In this document: positions 17,340 through 25,420 of the stretch, one piece after another | Layout: the number at the start of each line of letters is the position of its first letter | How positions within the stretch are numbered: the first letter of the stretch is position 1 | Assembly (NCBI GenBank): GCA_947629905.1 | Contig: CANRFM010000008.1 | Location: 5,811 to 69,810, forward strand | DNA length: 64,000 bases | Source: an uncultured Clostridia bacterium | GTDB taxonomy: Bacteria; Bacillota; Clostridia; Oscillospirales; Ruminococcaceae | Reading direction: 5' to 3' | The notes under the pieces: model-generated | The model's database searches: none | What the model saw: only the letters and a program-made list of their open reading frames with translations | What the model was told of the DNA's origin: nothing | Position numbers and translations under genes: made by a program

Positions 17340-18659
17340 ATGATCATGAATAAAGCAATGCCGCTGATCATTCTGTTGGTAATGGTCGGAATGCTGCTCA
17401 TGGGTTGGAACAATATACTGAATTACAACAAGACGAAGCAGATGGAATTTGATGAACATATCAAAGCAGCACAGGCTTTCATGGAGAAAGAGGTGTATAT
17501 CGATGCGGTGAGCGAATATGAAGCTGCTCTGCGGCTCTCACCGCAGAATTATGAGATCGCTGTACAGATCGTGGATCTGTACAGGAAACTGGAAATGGAA
17601 AGTTCCTATATCAGTGCCTGTGAAAAGGCGATCGATGCTGACAGCAAGCAGCTTGACCCCTATCTGTGGGAAGCCGATCACTACCTTGCCACCAATGCCT
17701 ACAGTGATGCGTATTCGATCCTGATGCGGGCAAAAAACAATTTAGAAGACACGAGCGAGATCGATAAGCGCCTTATTGAGATCCTTGGACATTATAACAC
17801 GGTAACACTGAGCTACGGAGATTTTCAGGGCTGGGTATTCGAGGAAAGCGAAAGTACGGGATATGCTGTTGTTTCAGAAAACGGGAAATACGGGCTGCTC
17901 GATTCTTCAAACAGTCTGTATGAGAAATGTGAATACGATGACATAGGTTTACCGATGTCCGGATTGATACCTATCAAAAAAGACGGGGAATACTATTACA
18001 TCAACACAGACGGTTACCGGAAAGTCGTGCCGGATCGTGCAGCAGACTGGCTTGGCTGTTTCCATGATGGCAATGGTGTTATCCGCATTGGTGATCAATA
18101 TGGCTATCTTAATAAGAGCGGCAGCGATCGTCACGTGGAATACGATTTTGCGGGCGGCTTCTGGAATCAGCGGGCAGCAGTCGAAAAGAATGGCAAATGG
18201 GCTCTGATCGACACCAGCTTCAATCAGATCACGGGGTTTGACTTCGATGAGATCCTGACAGATGCGTATGGTTTCTGCTCCATGTATGGTGTATTTTGGG
18301 CAAAGCGTGACGGGGCATACTATCTGTATGATCTGCAGGGGAACTGCATTTCAGACGGGTATGAAGCGGTAAAGCTCTTTGCTTCAGATGAACCTGCGGC
18401 AGTGATGCGGGACGGCAAGTGGGGATTTGTTTCCAAAGAAGGCGAACTGGTAACAGAACCAACATATGAGGAGGCGGATTCTTTTTCCCTCGGCTATGCA
18501 CCCTTCTGTAAAAATGGAAAATGGGGCTGCATCGATGCGGACGGCAATGTCCTCATAAAGCCGGAATTTGACAGTTTGAAGCCATTTTCACAAAACGGCT
18601 ATGCACTTGCAGAGCTGGATGACTTGCAGGAATTTATCGTCGTAACGATCTATGGATAG
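17340..18659 (+). CDS. Membrane-anchored TPR plus WG-repeat (KWG) protein
   Basis: N-terminal TM is MPLIILLVMVGMLLMGW. TPR-like helices (EYEAALRLSPQNYEIAVQIVDLY) are present. Repeated GKYGLLD / GKWALID / GKWGFVS / GKWGCID modules follow. The start is ambiguous (17337, 17340 or 17346). Confidence 0.7.
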   Translation: MIMNKAMPLIILLVMVGMLLMGWNNILNYNKTKQMEFDEHIKAAQAFMEKEVYIDAVSEYEAALRLSPQNYEIAVQIVDLYRKLEMESSYISACEKAIDADSKQLDPYLWEADHYLATNAYSDAYSILMRAKNNLEDTSEIDKRLIEILGHYNTVTLSYGDFQGWVFEESESTGYAVVSENGKYGLLDSSNSLYEKCEYDDIGLPMSGLIPIKKDGEYYYINTDGYRKVVPDRAADWLGCFHDGNGVIRIGDQYGYLNKSGSDRHVEYDFAGGFWNQRAAVEKNGKWALIDTSFNQITGFDFDEILTDAYGFCSMYGVFWAKRDGAYYLYDLQGNCISDGYEAVKLFASDEPAAVMRDGKWGFVSKEGELVTEPTYEEADSFSLGYAPFCKNGKWGCIDADGNVLIKPEFDSLKPFSQNGYALAELDDLQEFIVVTIYG

Positions 18660-18670
18660 GAGATAAGGAT

Positions 18671-20023
18671 ATGGAATTGACAAGGATCCAAAGAGGCAGT
18701 AATATTTATGCCGTATATGACCTCAGCGGCGTTCAGGCACAGGAGGATCATGTGAGCCTGATGATGATCAACAACAACCAAAACGGTTCGATCGGACTTG
18801 CGCCTGTTTCTTTCGAGGAAATGAACGGTGTACGCACCAAGATGCTGTTTGATGTGACAGGGCGTGTGACACTGCGGGAGTATGTGAGCCGGAACATCAC
18901 ACAGGAAGATTTCAGGCAGATGCTCCTGCACCTTGTAGACACGATCGAAGGCTTTGACGAATACATGATCGATGTTTCGCAGGTGCTGCTTGACATGAAC
19001 GCCGTGTTCATCAACGCCATGGATCACAGCGTTTCTTTCCTGTGCATTGCACTTGAGGGCGTACGCAGAACGGATGCCCTGTTCTCGTTTTTCAAGGAAC
19101 TTGTGGAGAGCAGTTTTGTGACAGCAGGTACGGGTGAAGTCAGCTATTTCAACCGTGTCTATAATCTCGTACATACTGCAAATGGCTTTTCCCTGCAAAA
19201 CATCCGCATGGCTGTATTGGAAAAGCCGCAGCAGAAAACCGCAGATCCTGCAAAGCGTGCTGCCGCTCCTGAAGTACAAAGACCAGAACGTGTGGAAGAA
19301 CCGGAGACGATCACCATTTCCGAACAACAGGAGACCGAAGAAAAGGTCGATGTCGTTCCCATGCCAGAGCCGGAGAAAAAAAAGAAAGGGTTGTTCGGCG
19401 GTTTGTTTTCCTCCGGGCGAAAGAAGGAAGAAGCATCCTCAACTGAAAGCGGCTATCGGGGCGGACTTGCAAGCCTGAAAAAAGGAAAAGAACCGATCAC
19501 GGAACAGCCTGCTGTGCCGGCACCGCCTTCCCCCGTTCCTGCTGTTCAGCCGGCATCCGGCGGAACAAGTCTCATTGGTAGTGGTGCAGCACCGATCCCG
19601 GAACAGCCGCAGGCGAAGAAAGAACCTGTCAGAGAGGGGACAATTCTTTTGGGATTAGAGCCGGAAAATCCGCCGCAGCCACAGTCCCCGGCATCCGGAG
19701 CGACCATCCTGCTCACACAGGAAGAAAAACGTGCCTTTCTGATACGCAACCGGAATCAGGGGCGTGTTCTCATCAGCAAGCCTGTCTTTTCGATTGGCAG
19801 AGATGCACCGGAATTGGACTATGATCTGCATGAAAACACCTATATCGGTCACAGACACGCTAATATCCTGCGCCGTAACGGAGAATTTTACTTAGTGGAT
19901 CTCCATTCTGTCAACCACACCTACCTCAACGGCACACTGCTTCAGGCGGACACGGAAATGCGGCTCGCTGACGGTGATACAGTGCGCTTTGCGGATGAGG
20001 ACTTCACCTTTCGCATTCTCTAA
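18671..20023 (+). CDS. FHA-domain protein 1 (unknown N-domain, P-rich linker, C-terminal FHA)
   Basis: The C-terminus reads FSIGRDAPELDYDLHENTYIGHRHANILRRNGEFYLVDLHSVNHTYLNGTLL...GDTVRFADEDFTF. Confidence 0.8.
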   Translation: MELTRIQRGSNIYAVYDLSGVQAQEDHVSLMMINNNQNGSIGLAPVSFEEMNGVRTKMLFDVTGRVTLREYVSRNITQEDFRQMLLHLVDTIEGFDEYMIDVSQVLLDMNAVFINAMDHSVSFLCIALEGVRRTDALFSFFKELVESSFVTAGTGEVSYFNRVYNLVHTANGFSLQNIRMAVLEKPQQKTADPAKRAAAPEVQRPERVEEPETITISEQQETEEKVDVVPMPEPEKKKKGLFGGLFSSGRKKEEASSTESGYRGGLASLKKGKEPITEQPAVPAPPSPVPAVQPASGGTSLIGSGAAPIPEQPQAKKEPVREGTILLGLEPENPPQPQSPASGATILLTQEEKRAFLIRNRNQGRVLISKPVFSIGRDAPELDYDLHENTYIGHRHANILRRNGEFYLVDLHSVNHTYLNGTLLQADTEMRLADGDTVRFADEDFTFRIL

Positions 20024-20037
20024 AAGGGGGAGTAACA

Positions 20038-20823
20038 TTGGATCTTATTGCCGCAGCCGTAACGGACATCGGTATTGAAAAGGGTGTCAATCAGGATAGC
20101 TATGGTGTCAGACTGCTCCGCACAAAGCTGGGGAATATGGCGTTTGCTGTGCTGTGTGACGGAATGGGCGGTCTTTCCTACGGAGAGGTCGCCAGTGCCA
20201 CGGTAGTCGATGCCTTTCAGCGATGGGTCATAGAACGTCTCCCGCAGCTTTGTAACAGCGGTATTTCCGAGCAGATCCTCCGTCAGGAATGGACAGCACT
20301 GCTGCAAAACTGCAATCGGCGGATAGCGGCATACGGAACGGAGAGGGGTATTTCCCTCGGAACGACAGCAGCTGTTCTGCTGCTGACAGAAAGCAGGTAT
20401 TTCTGTATGCATATCGGTGATTCGAGAGTTTACGAGATCACCGCACAGGTAATGCAGCTTACCAGAGATCACAGCCTTGTGGCAAGAGAAGCGGAACTGG
20501 GATTTCTCACGGAGGAACAGGCAAAAAATGACCCAAGACGAAATATCCTTCTGAAATGTATCGGTGCGGCCCCGGATGCTGTTCCGTCATTTCTGTCCGG
20601 CGCAACAAAGGAAAATGCCGTGTATATGCTTTGCAGTGACGGGTTCTGGCACGGGGTAACGGAAGAGACCTTGCTGTGCTGCCTTGCGCCTTCTTCCCTG
20701 CACGATGCCGGTCAGATGGAACAGCAGATCCGCTTTTTGATCGGAGAGAACAAGCGGCAGCAGGAAAACGATAATATCACGATCATCACACTCAAAACCG
20801 GGACACAGGTGAAAACAGGATGA
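20038..20823 (+). CDS. PP2C-family Ser/Thr phosphatase 1
   Basis: TTG start after AGGGGGA. Motifs are NQDSYGV, LCDGMGG, GDSRVY, TRDHS, LCSDGF and NDNITII. Confidence 0.85.
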   Translation: MDLIAAAVTDIGIEKGVNQDSYGVRLLRTKLGNMAFAVLCDGMGGLSYGEVASATVVDAFQRWVIERLPQLCNSGISEQILRQEWTALLQNCNRRIAAYGTERGISLGTTAAVLLLTESRYFCMHIGDSRVYEITAQVMQLTRDHSLVAREAELGFLTEEQAKNDPRRNILLKCIGAAPDAVPSFLSGATKENAVYMLCSDGFWHGVTEETLLCCLAPSSLHDAGQMEQQIRFLIGENKRQQENDNITIITLKTGTQVKTG

Positions 20824-21710
20824 AACAGGGAATGCTTTTAGAAGGAAAATATCAAATCTTTGAGGAGATCAAGCACAGCAGCACGGGAGAAGTCTGCCTT
20901 GCCCGGGCAGGAAACAAATACTACGCTGTCAAGGCAGTCCACCGCAGCGATGCTGCACTGCCGACTGTACTGTATACGGCACAGCACCCCGGTCTTCCTC
21001 ATCTGGAAGAAGTGCTGGAAAAGGGGGACGAGGTGATCTTCATCATGGACTGGATCAGCGGCAGTACGCTGGATCAGTGCCTGAAAGAAACAGGTGTACA
21101 GCCGGAAACTCTCGTGTTGAACTGGGCAGTACAGCTTTGTGATGTGCTGCTCTATCTGCACAGCCTGCCGGTTGTCCACTGTGATATAAAACCGTCTAAT
21201 ATCCTGCTGAGACCGGATGGCAGGCTGGTGCTGATCGATCTGAGTGCTGCCACAACACCCGGCACGCTCCGGAAGTCAGCCGTCAACGGGACACAGGGTT
21301 TTGCAGCACCGGAACTATACACCGGATTTGCCGATGCAAGGACAGATATCTATGCACTTGGGCAGACCTTGCTGGTGCTTTTGACAGGCGGCATTCCGGA
21401 AAGTACGGCACTGCCAACGGCACTCAGAGCTGTATGCAGAGAGACTTTTGCACAGATCATCCTGAAATGCGTACAGCCCCTGCCAGATGACCGTTATCCG
21501 TCCTGTGCAGAACTGATGCAGGCATTGAAAAGCTGTGAGGCTGATCCTGCGGTATCCTCCCGGCATACAGCTTTCTGTCCGCCAACGGAGGAACGTGTGA
21601 CCGAAAAACTTGTAGATACTGCCAGCGCACTGCTTCCGGTCTTGTATCCAGAAGCGGATTTCGAGGTGGTGGAAACACTTGGTTTTACAAGTGCAGCACC
21701 GCTGCGATGA
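20820..21710 (+). CDS. Hanks-type Ser/Thr kinase 1 (soluble, divergent motifs)
   Basis: Motifs are YAVKAV, VHCDIKPSNILL, LIDLS (in the DFG position) and GTQGFAAPE. No TM segment and no clear Gly-rich loop are visible. There is a 4-nt overlap with the upstream phosphatase gene. Confidence 0.75.
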   Translation: MKQGMLLEGKYQIFEEIKHSSTGEVCLARAGNKYYAVKAVHRSDAALPTVLYTAQHPGLPHLEEVLEKGDEVIFIMDWISGSTLDQCLKETGVQPETLVLNWAVQLCDVLLYLHSLPVVHCDIKPSNILLRPDGRLVLIDLSAATTPGTLRKSAVNGTQGFAAPELYTGFADARTDIYALGQTLLVLLTGGIPESTALPTALRAVCRETFAQIILKCVQPLPDDRYPSCAELMQALKSCEADPAVSSRHTAFCPPTEERVTEKLVDTASALLPVLYPEADFEVVETLGFTSAAPLR

Positions 21711-21785
21711 AAAATGGGCGTGAGAGCATGGATCATAGCGTAATTTCAAAAACAGAGATCCATGAGGATCCATAGGGAGAATAGT

Positions 21786-22571
21786 ATGATCGAAAATCAA
21801 ATATACAGGTCACAGCATGATACCGTCTACGTGTCTGTCTATTCTGCCATTGGCGATAGAGAGAATCAGGAGGATTCTTATTTGATATGCAGCAGTGAGA
21901 ATGCGGTCCTTGCTGCGGTCTGTGACGGAATGGGCGGCAGAAAAGGCGGCGAGATCGCAAGCAAAACTGCCATTTCAGGGCTGAAAGAACATTTTGACGG
22001 CACGTTGTACCGGGACAGCTCTTTTTTTACGGATATTGTAGATGAACTGGATGCAAGAGTATTTTTTTTGACGGATCAGAGTAAAAGAAGACTGCACGCC
22101 GGGACAACACTTGCTTCTGTCACGCTCAATAACGGCAGTCTCGATTGGTTTTCAGTTGGTGACAGCCGTATCTATATCATGAGAAACGGGGAAACTATAC
22201 AAGCTACCAGAGATCATAATTATAAAGAAATGCTGATCGATCTGCTGCAGCGGGGGAACATTACAAGGGAGCAATTTGAAAAGGAAAAGAATAAACACGC
22301 TGCATTGACAAGTTATCTTGGGATCGGCGGTGTCAAATTATATGATATCAGCATCACACCATTGGTTCTGAAAGACGGTGACCTGATCATTGTGTCTACT
22401 GACGGATTTTACAATGCCGTGCCAATGGAACAGATCGCAGCTATGGGCAGGAAAAGCACAGATGAGATCATTCATGCGGTCGCAGAGATCTGGGAAGGCA
22501 GCGAAATGTCTGGCAGAGATAATACGACTTGTATTATCATCAAATACTGTGTGGAGGCAGATGAAAAATGA
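21786..22571 (+). CDS. PP2C-family Ser/Thr phosphatase 2
   Basis: GGGAGA lies upstream of the ATG at 21786 (the track ORF starts at 21762). Motifs are QEDSYLI, VCDGMGG, GDSRIY, TRDHN, VSTDGF and RDNTTCIII. Confidence 0.85.
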   Translation: MIENQIYRSQHDTVYVSVYSAIGDRENQEDSYLICSSENAVLAAVCDGMGGRKGGEIASKTAISGLKEHFDGTLYRDSSFFTDIVDELDARVFFLTDQSKRRLHAGTTLASVTLNNGSLDWFSVGDSRIYIMRNGETIQATRDHNYKEMLIDLLQRGNITREQFEKEKNKHAALTSYLGIGGVKLYDISITPLVLKDGDLIIVSTDGFYNAVPMEQIAAMGRKSTDEIIHAVAEIWEGSEMSGRDNTTCIIIKYCVEADEK

Positions 22572-23392
22572 GATTGACGAAATGTGAGAATAAACATTTT
22601 TACGATGCTGACAAGTATGACGAATGTCCGCATTGTGCAAGAAAAAAAGCAGCCAAATCGGGGACTCCGGCGCAAACAAAAAATACTTCACAAAAAACGG
22701 TCGCATTGATCCAAGACACGACAATGACGGGTACACGGGAAGAGAACAAGCCGTACCCACAGCCCGACCTGCCCGCTCCCGGTGCGGATGAAAAACCGCC
22801 GCATCCCAAAATTACAACACAGCTATTGGAACCGCATGAGCCCTCTCCTTCCGACAATGCAGAGGACACTTCCGCTGAGGCAGACAGGCATGATCCATCG
22901 GCAGAGGAAGAGAATGCTGCTGCCTCACAGGATGCATCTGATCTGGCACAGGCGGTTGCTTCATCCAGTATGTCGGTCCATACGGGAGCGGCCGCCAATG
23001 CAAGCCAAAAGACAGTAGCATTTTATGATGTCGGCGGGGTCGATCCGGTCGTAGGGTGGTTAGTTTGTGTGATCGGGGAATATGTCGGTGAATGCTTTAA
23101 CCTGAAGGCAGGTCAGAATTTTATCGGAAGATCCTTGAGTATGGATGTTGCACTGATCAATGAAAAAAGTGTGTCGAGGGAATTTCATGCCGGGATCATA
23201 TTTGACCCGAATGCAAAGCAGTTTTTTGCAGTACCGGGGCAAAGCAATGGATTGACCTATATCAATGGGCAACTCTTATTTTCTGCTGTCCCGCTGAAAT
23301 CCTATGATAAGATCCAGCTGGGAAAAAGCACATATATTTTCATGGCTTTTGCCGGAAATGATTTTATGTGGGATACTTATTTAGGAAAGTGA
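22568..23392 (+). CDS. FHA-domain protein 2 with N-terminal zinc-ribbon-like motif
   Basis: N-terminus is KCENKHFYDADKYDECPHC, followed by a P/A/E-rich linker. The C-terminal FHA reads FIGRSLSMDVALINEKSVSREFHAGII...SNGLTYINGQLL. Confidence 0.8.
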   Translation: MRLTKCENKHFYDADKYDECPHCARKKAAKSGTPAQTKNTSQKTVALIQDTTMTGTREENKPYPQPDLPAPGADEKPPHPKITTQLLEPHEPSPSDNAEDTSAEADRHDPSAEEENAAASQDASDLAQAVASSSMSVHTGAAANASQKTVAFYDVGGVDPVVGWLVCVIGEYVGECFNLKAGQNFIGRSLSMDVALINEKSVSREFHAGIIFDPNAKQFFAVPGQSNGLTYINGQLLFSAVPLKSYDKIQLGKSTYIFMAFAGNDFMWDTYLGK

Positions 23393-23396
23393 TAGA

Positions 23397-25361
23397 ATGA
23401 TGATAAAGTGTTACAATTGTTTCAAAGACTATGATGATGCAAACGCAGAGTGCCCCTACTGCGGTCATATACCGGGATCTGTAAAAAGAGAAGTCAATCA
23501 TCTCCCGCTGGGAAGTATCCTGATCGACCGGTATCTGATCGGAGAGGTCTGCGGCTTCGGCGGTTTTGGCGTGACTTATAAGGCATGGGATATGCAGCTT
23601 GAGGCGATCGTTGCTGTCAAGGAATATTTTCCGAATGGTGCTGTCAACAGAGTTCCCGGCACGGAAGATGTTGTGCTTTTCAGTGGAAATCGTCTGAAAG
23701 AATTTCATTTTGGATTGGTGCGTTTCATAGAAGAAGCCAAAATAACTGCGAAATATGTGTCACATAAAAACATCGTCAATGTATATAATTATTTTGAAAC
23801 CAATAAAACGGCATATATTGTCATGGAATATCTGGATGGGATAACACTGGAAAATTATTTGCAGCAGTTTGAAGACGACGGAGAAAGGATCGATATCGAT
23901 ACGGCTGTTGATATTACGCTGAATGTCTGCAATGCACTGAAAGCGATCCATGCAGACAATGTGATCCACCGGGATGTGAGTCCGGATAATATCTTCATAT
24001 GTTTCAATGGTACGTATAAGCTGTATGACTTTGGCGCTTCCAGATTTTCTCAGAATGAGGATCAGCATTTGACGATCATCCTGAAACCCGGCTATGCGCC
24101 GCCGGAGCAATATGAAAAGGTAAACACACAGGGACCATGGACGGATATTTATGCCTTGGGGGCAACGCTCTACAAAATGTTGACAGGCGTAAAGCCGGTC
24201 GAATCTATGAACCGGAAGATCGTTGATGAACTTCAGGAACCGAAGGAACTTGTTCCCGATATTCCGCAGTATCTTAACGATGCTGTCATGAAGGCAATGG
24301 CAGTGGAACAGCATTTGAGGTTTCAGAAAGTCGAAGAATTTGAGGCTGTCCTAAAAAAAGAAAGACCTGTAGAAGCGGTCAAGACCACCATAAAAAGAAA
24401 AAAGAGGAGAAGAATATCCGGTATCTGTGCAGCTGCAGCGATCGTCCTGACAGGATCAGGGATCTTAGCCTATAACTTGCTGCAGCAAAAGGAAGAAAAC
24501 ACGCTCCCTGCTGCATCGATCGATGTCTGGTATATCGCTGACAGTGATGAATTAACGGGAGCATTAGAAGACATCAAGGATGAATTTTGCAGCAGCTATG
24601 AAGGCGTTTCGGTCAATTATATTGCCATTGAACCGGACGAGTACGATGAGCGCCTCAGCGAAGCGGCACAGGCAGGCAATATGCCTGCGCTGCTGCAAAG
24701 TGATCTGATCGATACAGCCAAATACAGCTTTCTTTCATTAGAGCCTGTCATGGAGGAGATCGATCTGGATAACTACTATATTCTGGGCGACCAGCAAGCT
24801 CAGATCCTTGCGGATAATAAATTGCCGCTGGGTTTCAATATACCGCTGTTTTATATGAATACGACGCTATCCGGGTATTCTGGGGATCCTGTTTCAGAAT
24901 TAAAAGAGATCGCATCTGATGACAGCATGATCGCTGTTGCCCCTCAAACAGAAACTGTATTCCAGAAACTGTTTGGTGGTTATACGTATCAGTCAGCCAC
25001 TTGCGAGCAGTTTTTGGCAGGAGAAGCAGCTTTTTTGTTTTCAGATACAGCGCAGTTTTATGATGTACAGGAAGCACTTCCTGCCAGATTTAAGATGGTA
25101 AAGCTGGGGATAGATGAAGTGCCCTGTACGCTTTGCAATTGTTGGAGCCTTGGTGATTGCGGAGATGAGAAAAAAGAAAAAGTCGCAAGGCGGTTCCTTG
25201 CCTATATGCTGAGTGATAACTCACAGGACTATCTTTTTATCCGGTATAAGGAGCCGGGACTTCCTGTAAATCGAAATGCTCTGGGTGTATATGAGGATGT
25301 CTATCTGGAATTTGAATCCGTCATTTCACCTTCGGAGCAGTATGTATTTGAGCAGAAATAG
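23397..25361 (+). CDS. Hanks-type kinase 2: zinc ribbon, kinase domain, TM, solute-binding-protein-like ectodomain
   Basis: Motifs are CYNCFKDYDDANAECPYCG, GFGGFGVTYKA, VAVKEY, IHRDVSPDNIF and YDFGASR. The TM is ISGICAAAAIVLTGSGILAY. The ectodomain reads IDVWYIADSDELTGALEDIKDEF...AAQAGNMPALLQSD (SBP family-1-like). Confidence 0.8.
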   Translation: MMIKCYNCFKDYDDANAECPYCGHIPGSVKREVNHLPLGSILIDRYLIGEVCGFGGFGVTYKAWDMQLEAIVAVKEYFPNGAVNRVPGTEDVVLFSGNRLKEFHFGLVRFIEEAKITAKYVSHKNIVNVYNYFETNKTAYIVMEYLDGITLENYLQQFEDDGERIDIDTAVDITLNVCNALKAIHADNVIHRDVSPDNIFICFNGTYKLYDFGASRFSQNEDQHLTIILKPGYAPPEQYEKVNTQGPWTDIYALGATLYKMLTGVKPVESMNRKIVDELQEPKELVPDIPQYLNDAVMKAMAVEQHLRFQKVEEFEAVLKKERPVEAVKTTIKRKKRRRISGICAAAAIVLTGSGILAYNLLQQKEENTLPAASIDVWYIADSDELTGALEDIKDEFCSSYEGVSVNYIAIEPDEYDERLSEAAQAGNMPALLQSDLIDTAKYSFLSLEPVMEEIDLDNYYILGDQQAQILADNKLPLGFNIPLFYMNTTLSGYSGDPVSELKEIASDDSMIAVAPQTETVFQKLFGGYTYQSATCEQFLAGEAAFLFSDTAQFYDVQEALPARFKMVKLGIDEVPCTLCNCWSLGDCGDEKKEKVARRFLAYMLSDNSQDYLFIRYKEPGLPVNRNALGVYEDVYLEFESVISPSEQYVFEQK

Positions 25362-25420
25362 AAACAAGAGACAGCGGTTGTAACAGAAACGCATGATCAT
25401 TGTTTCGGTAAGGAGAAAAA

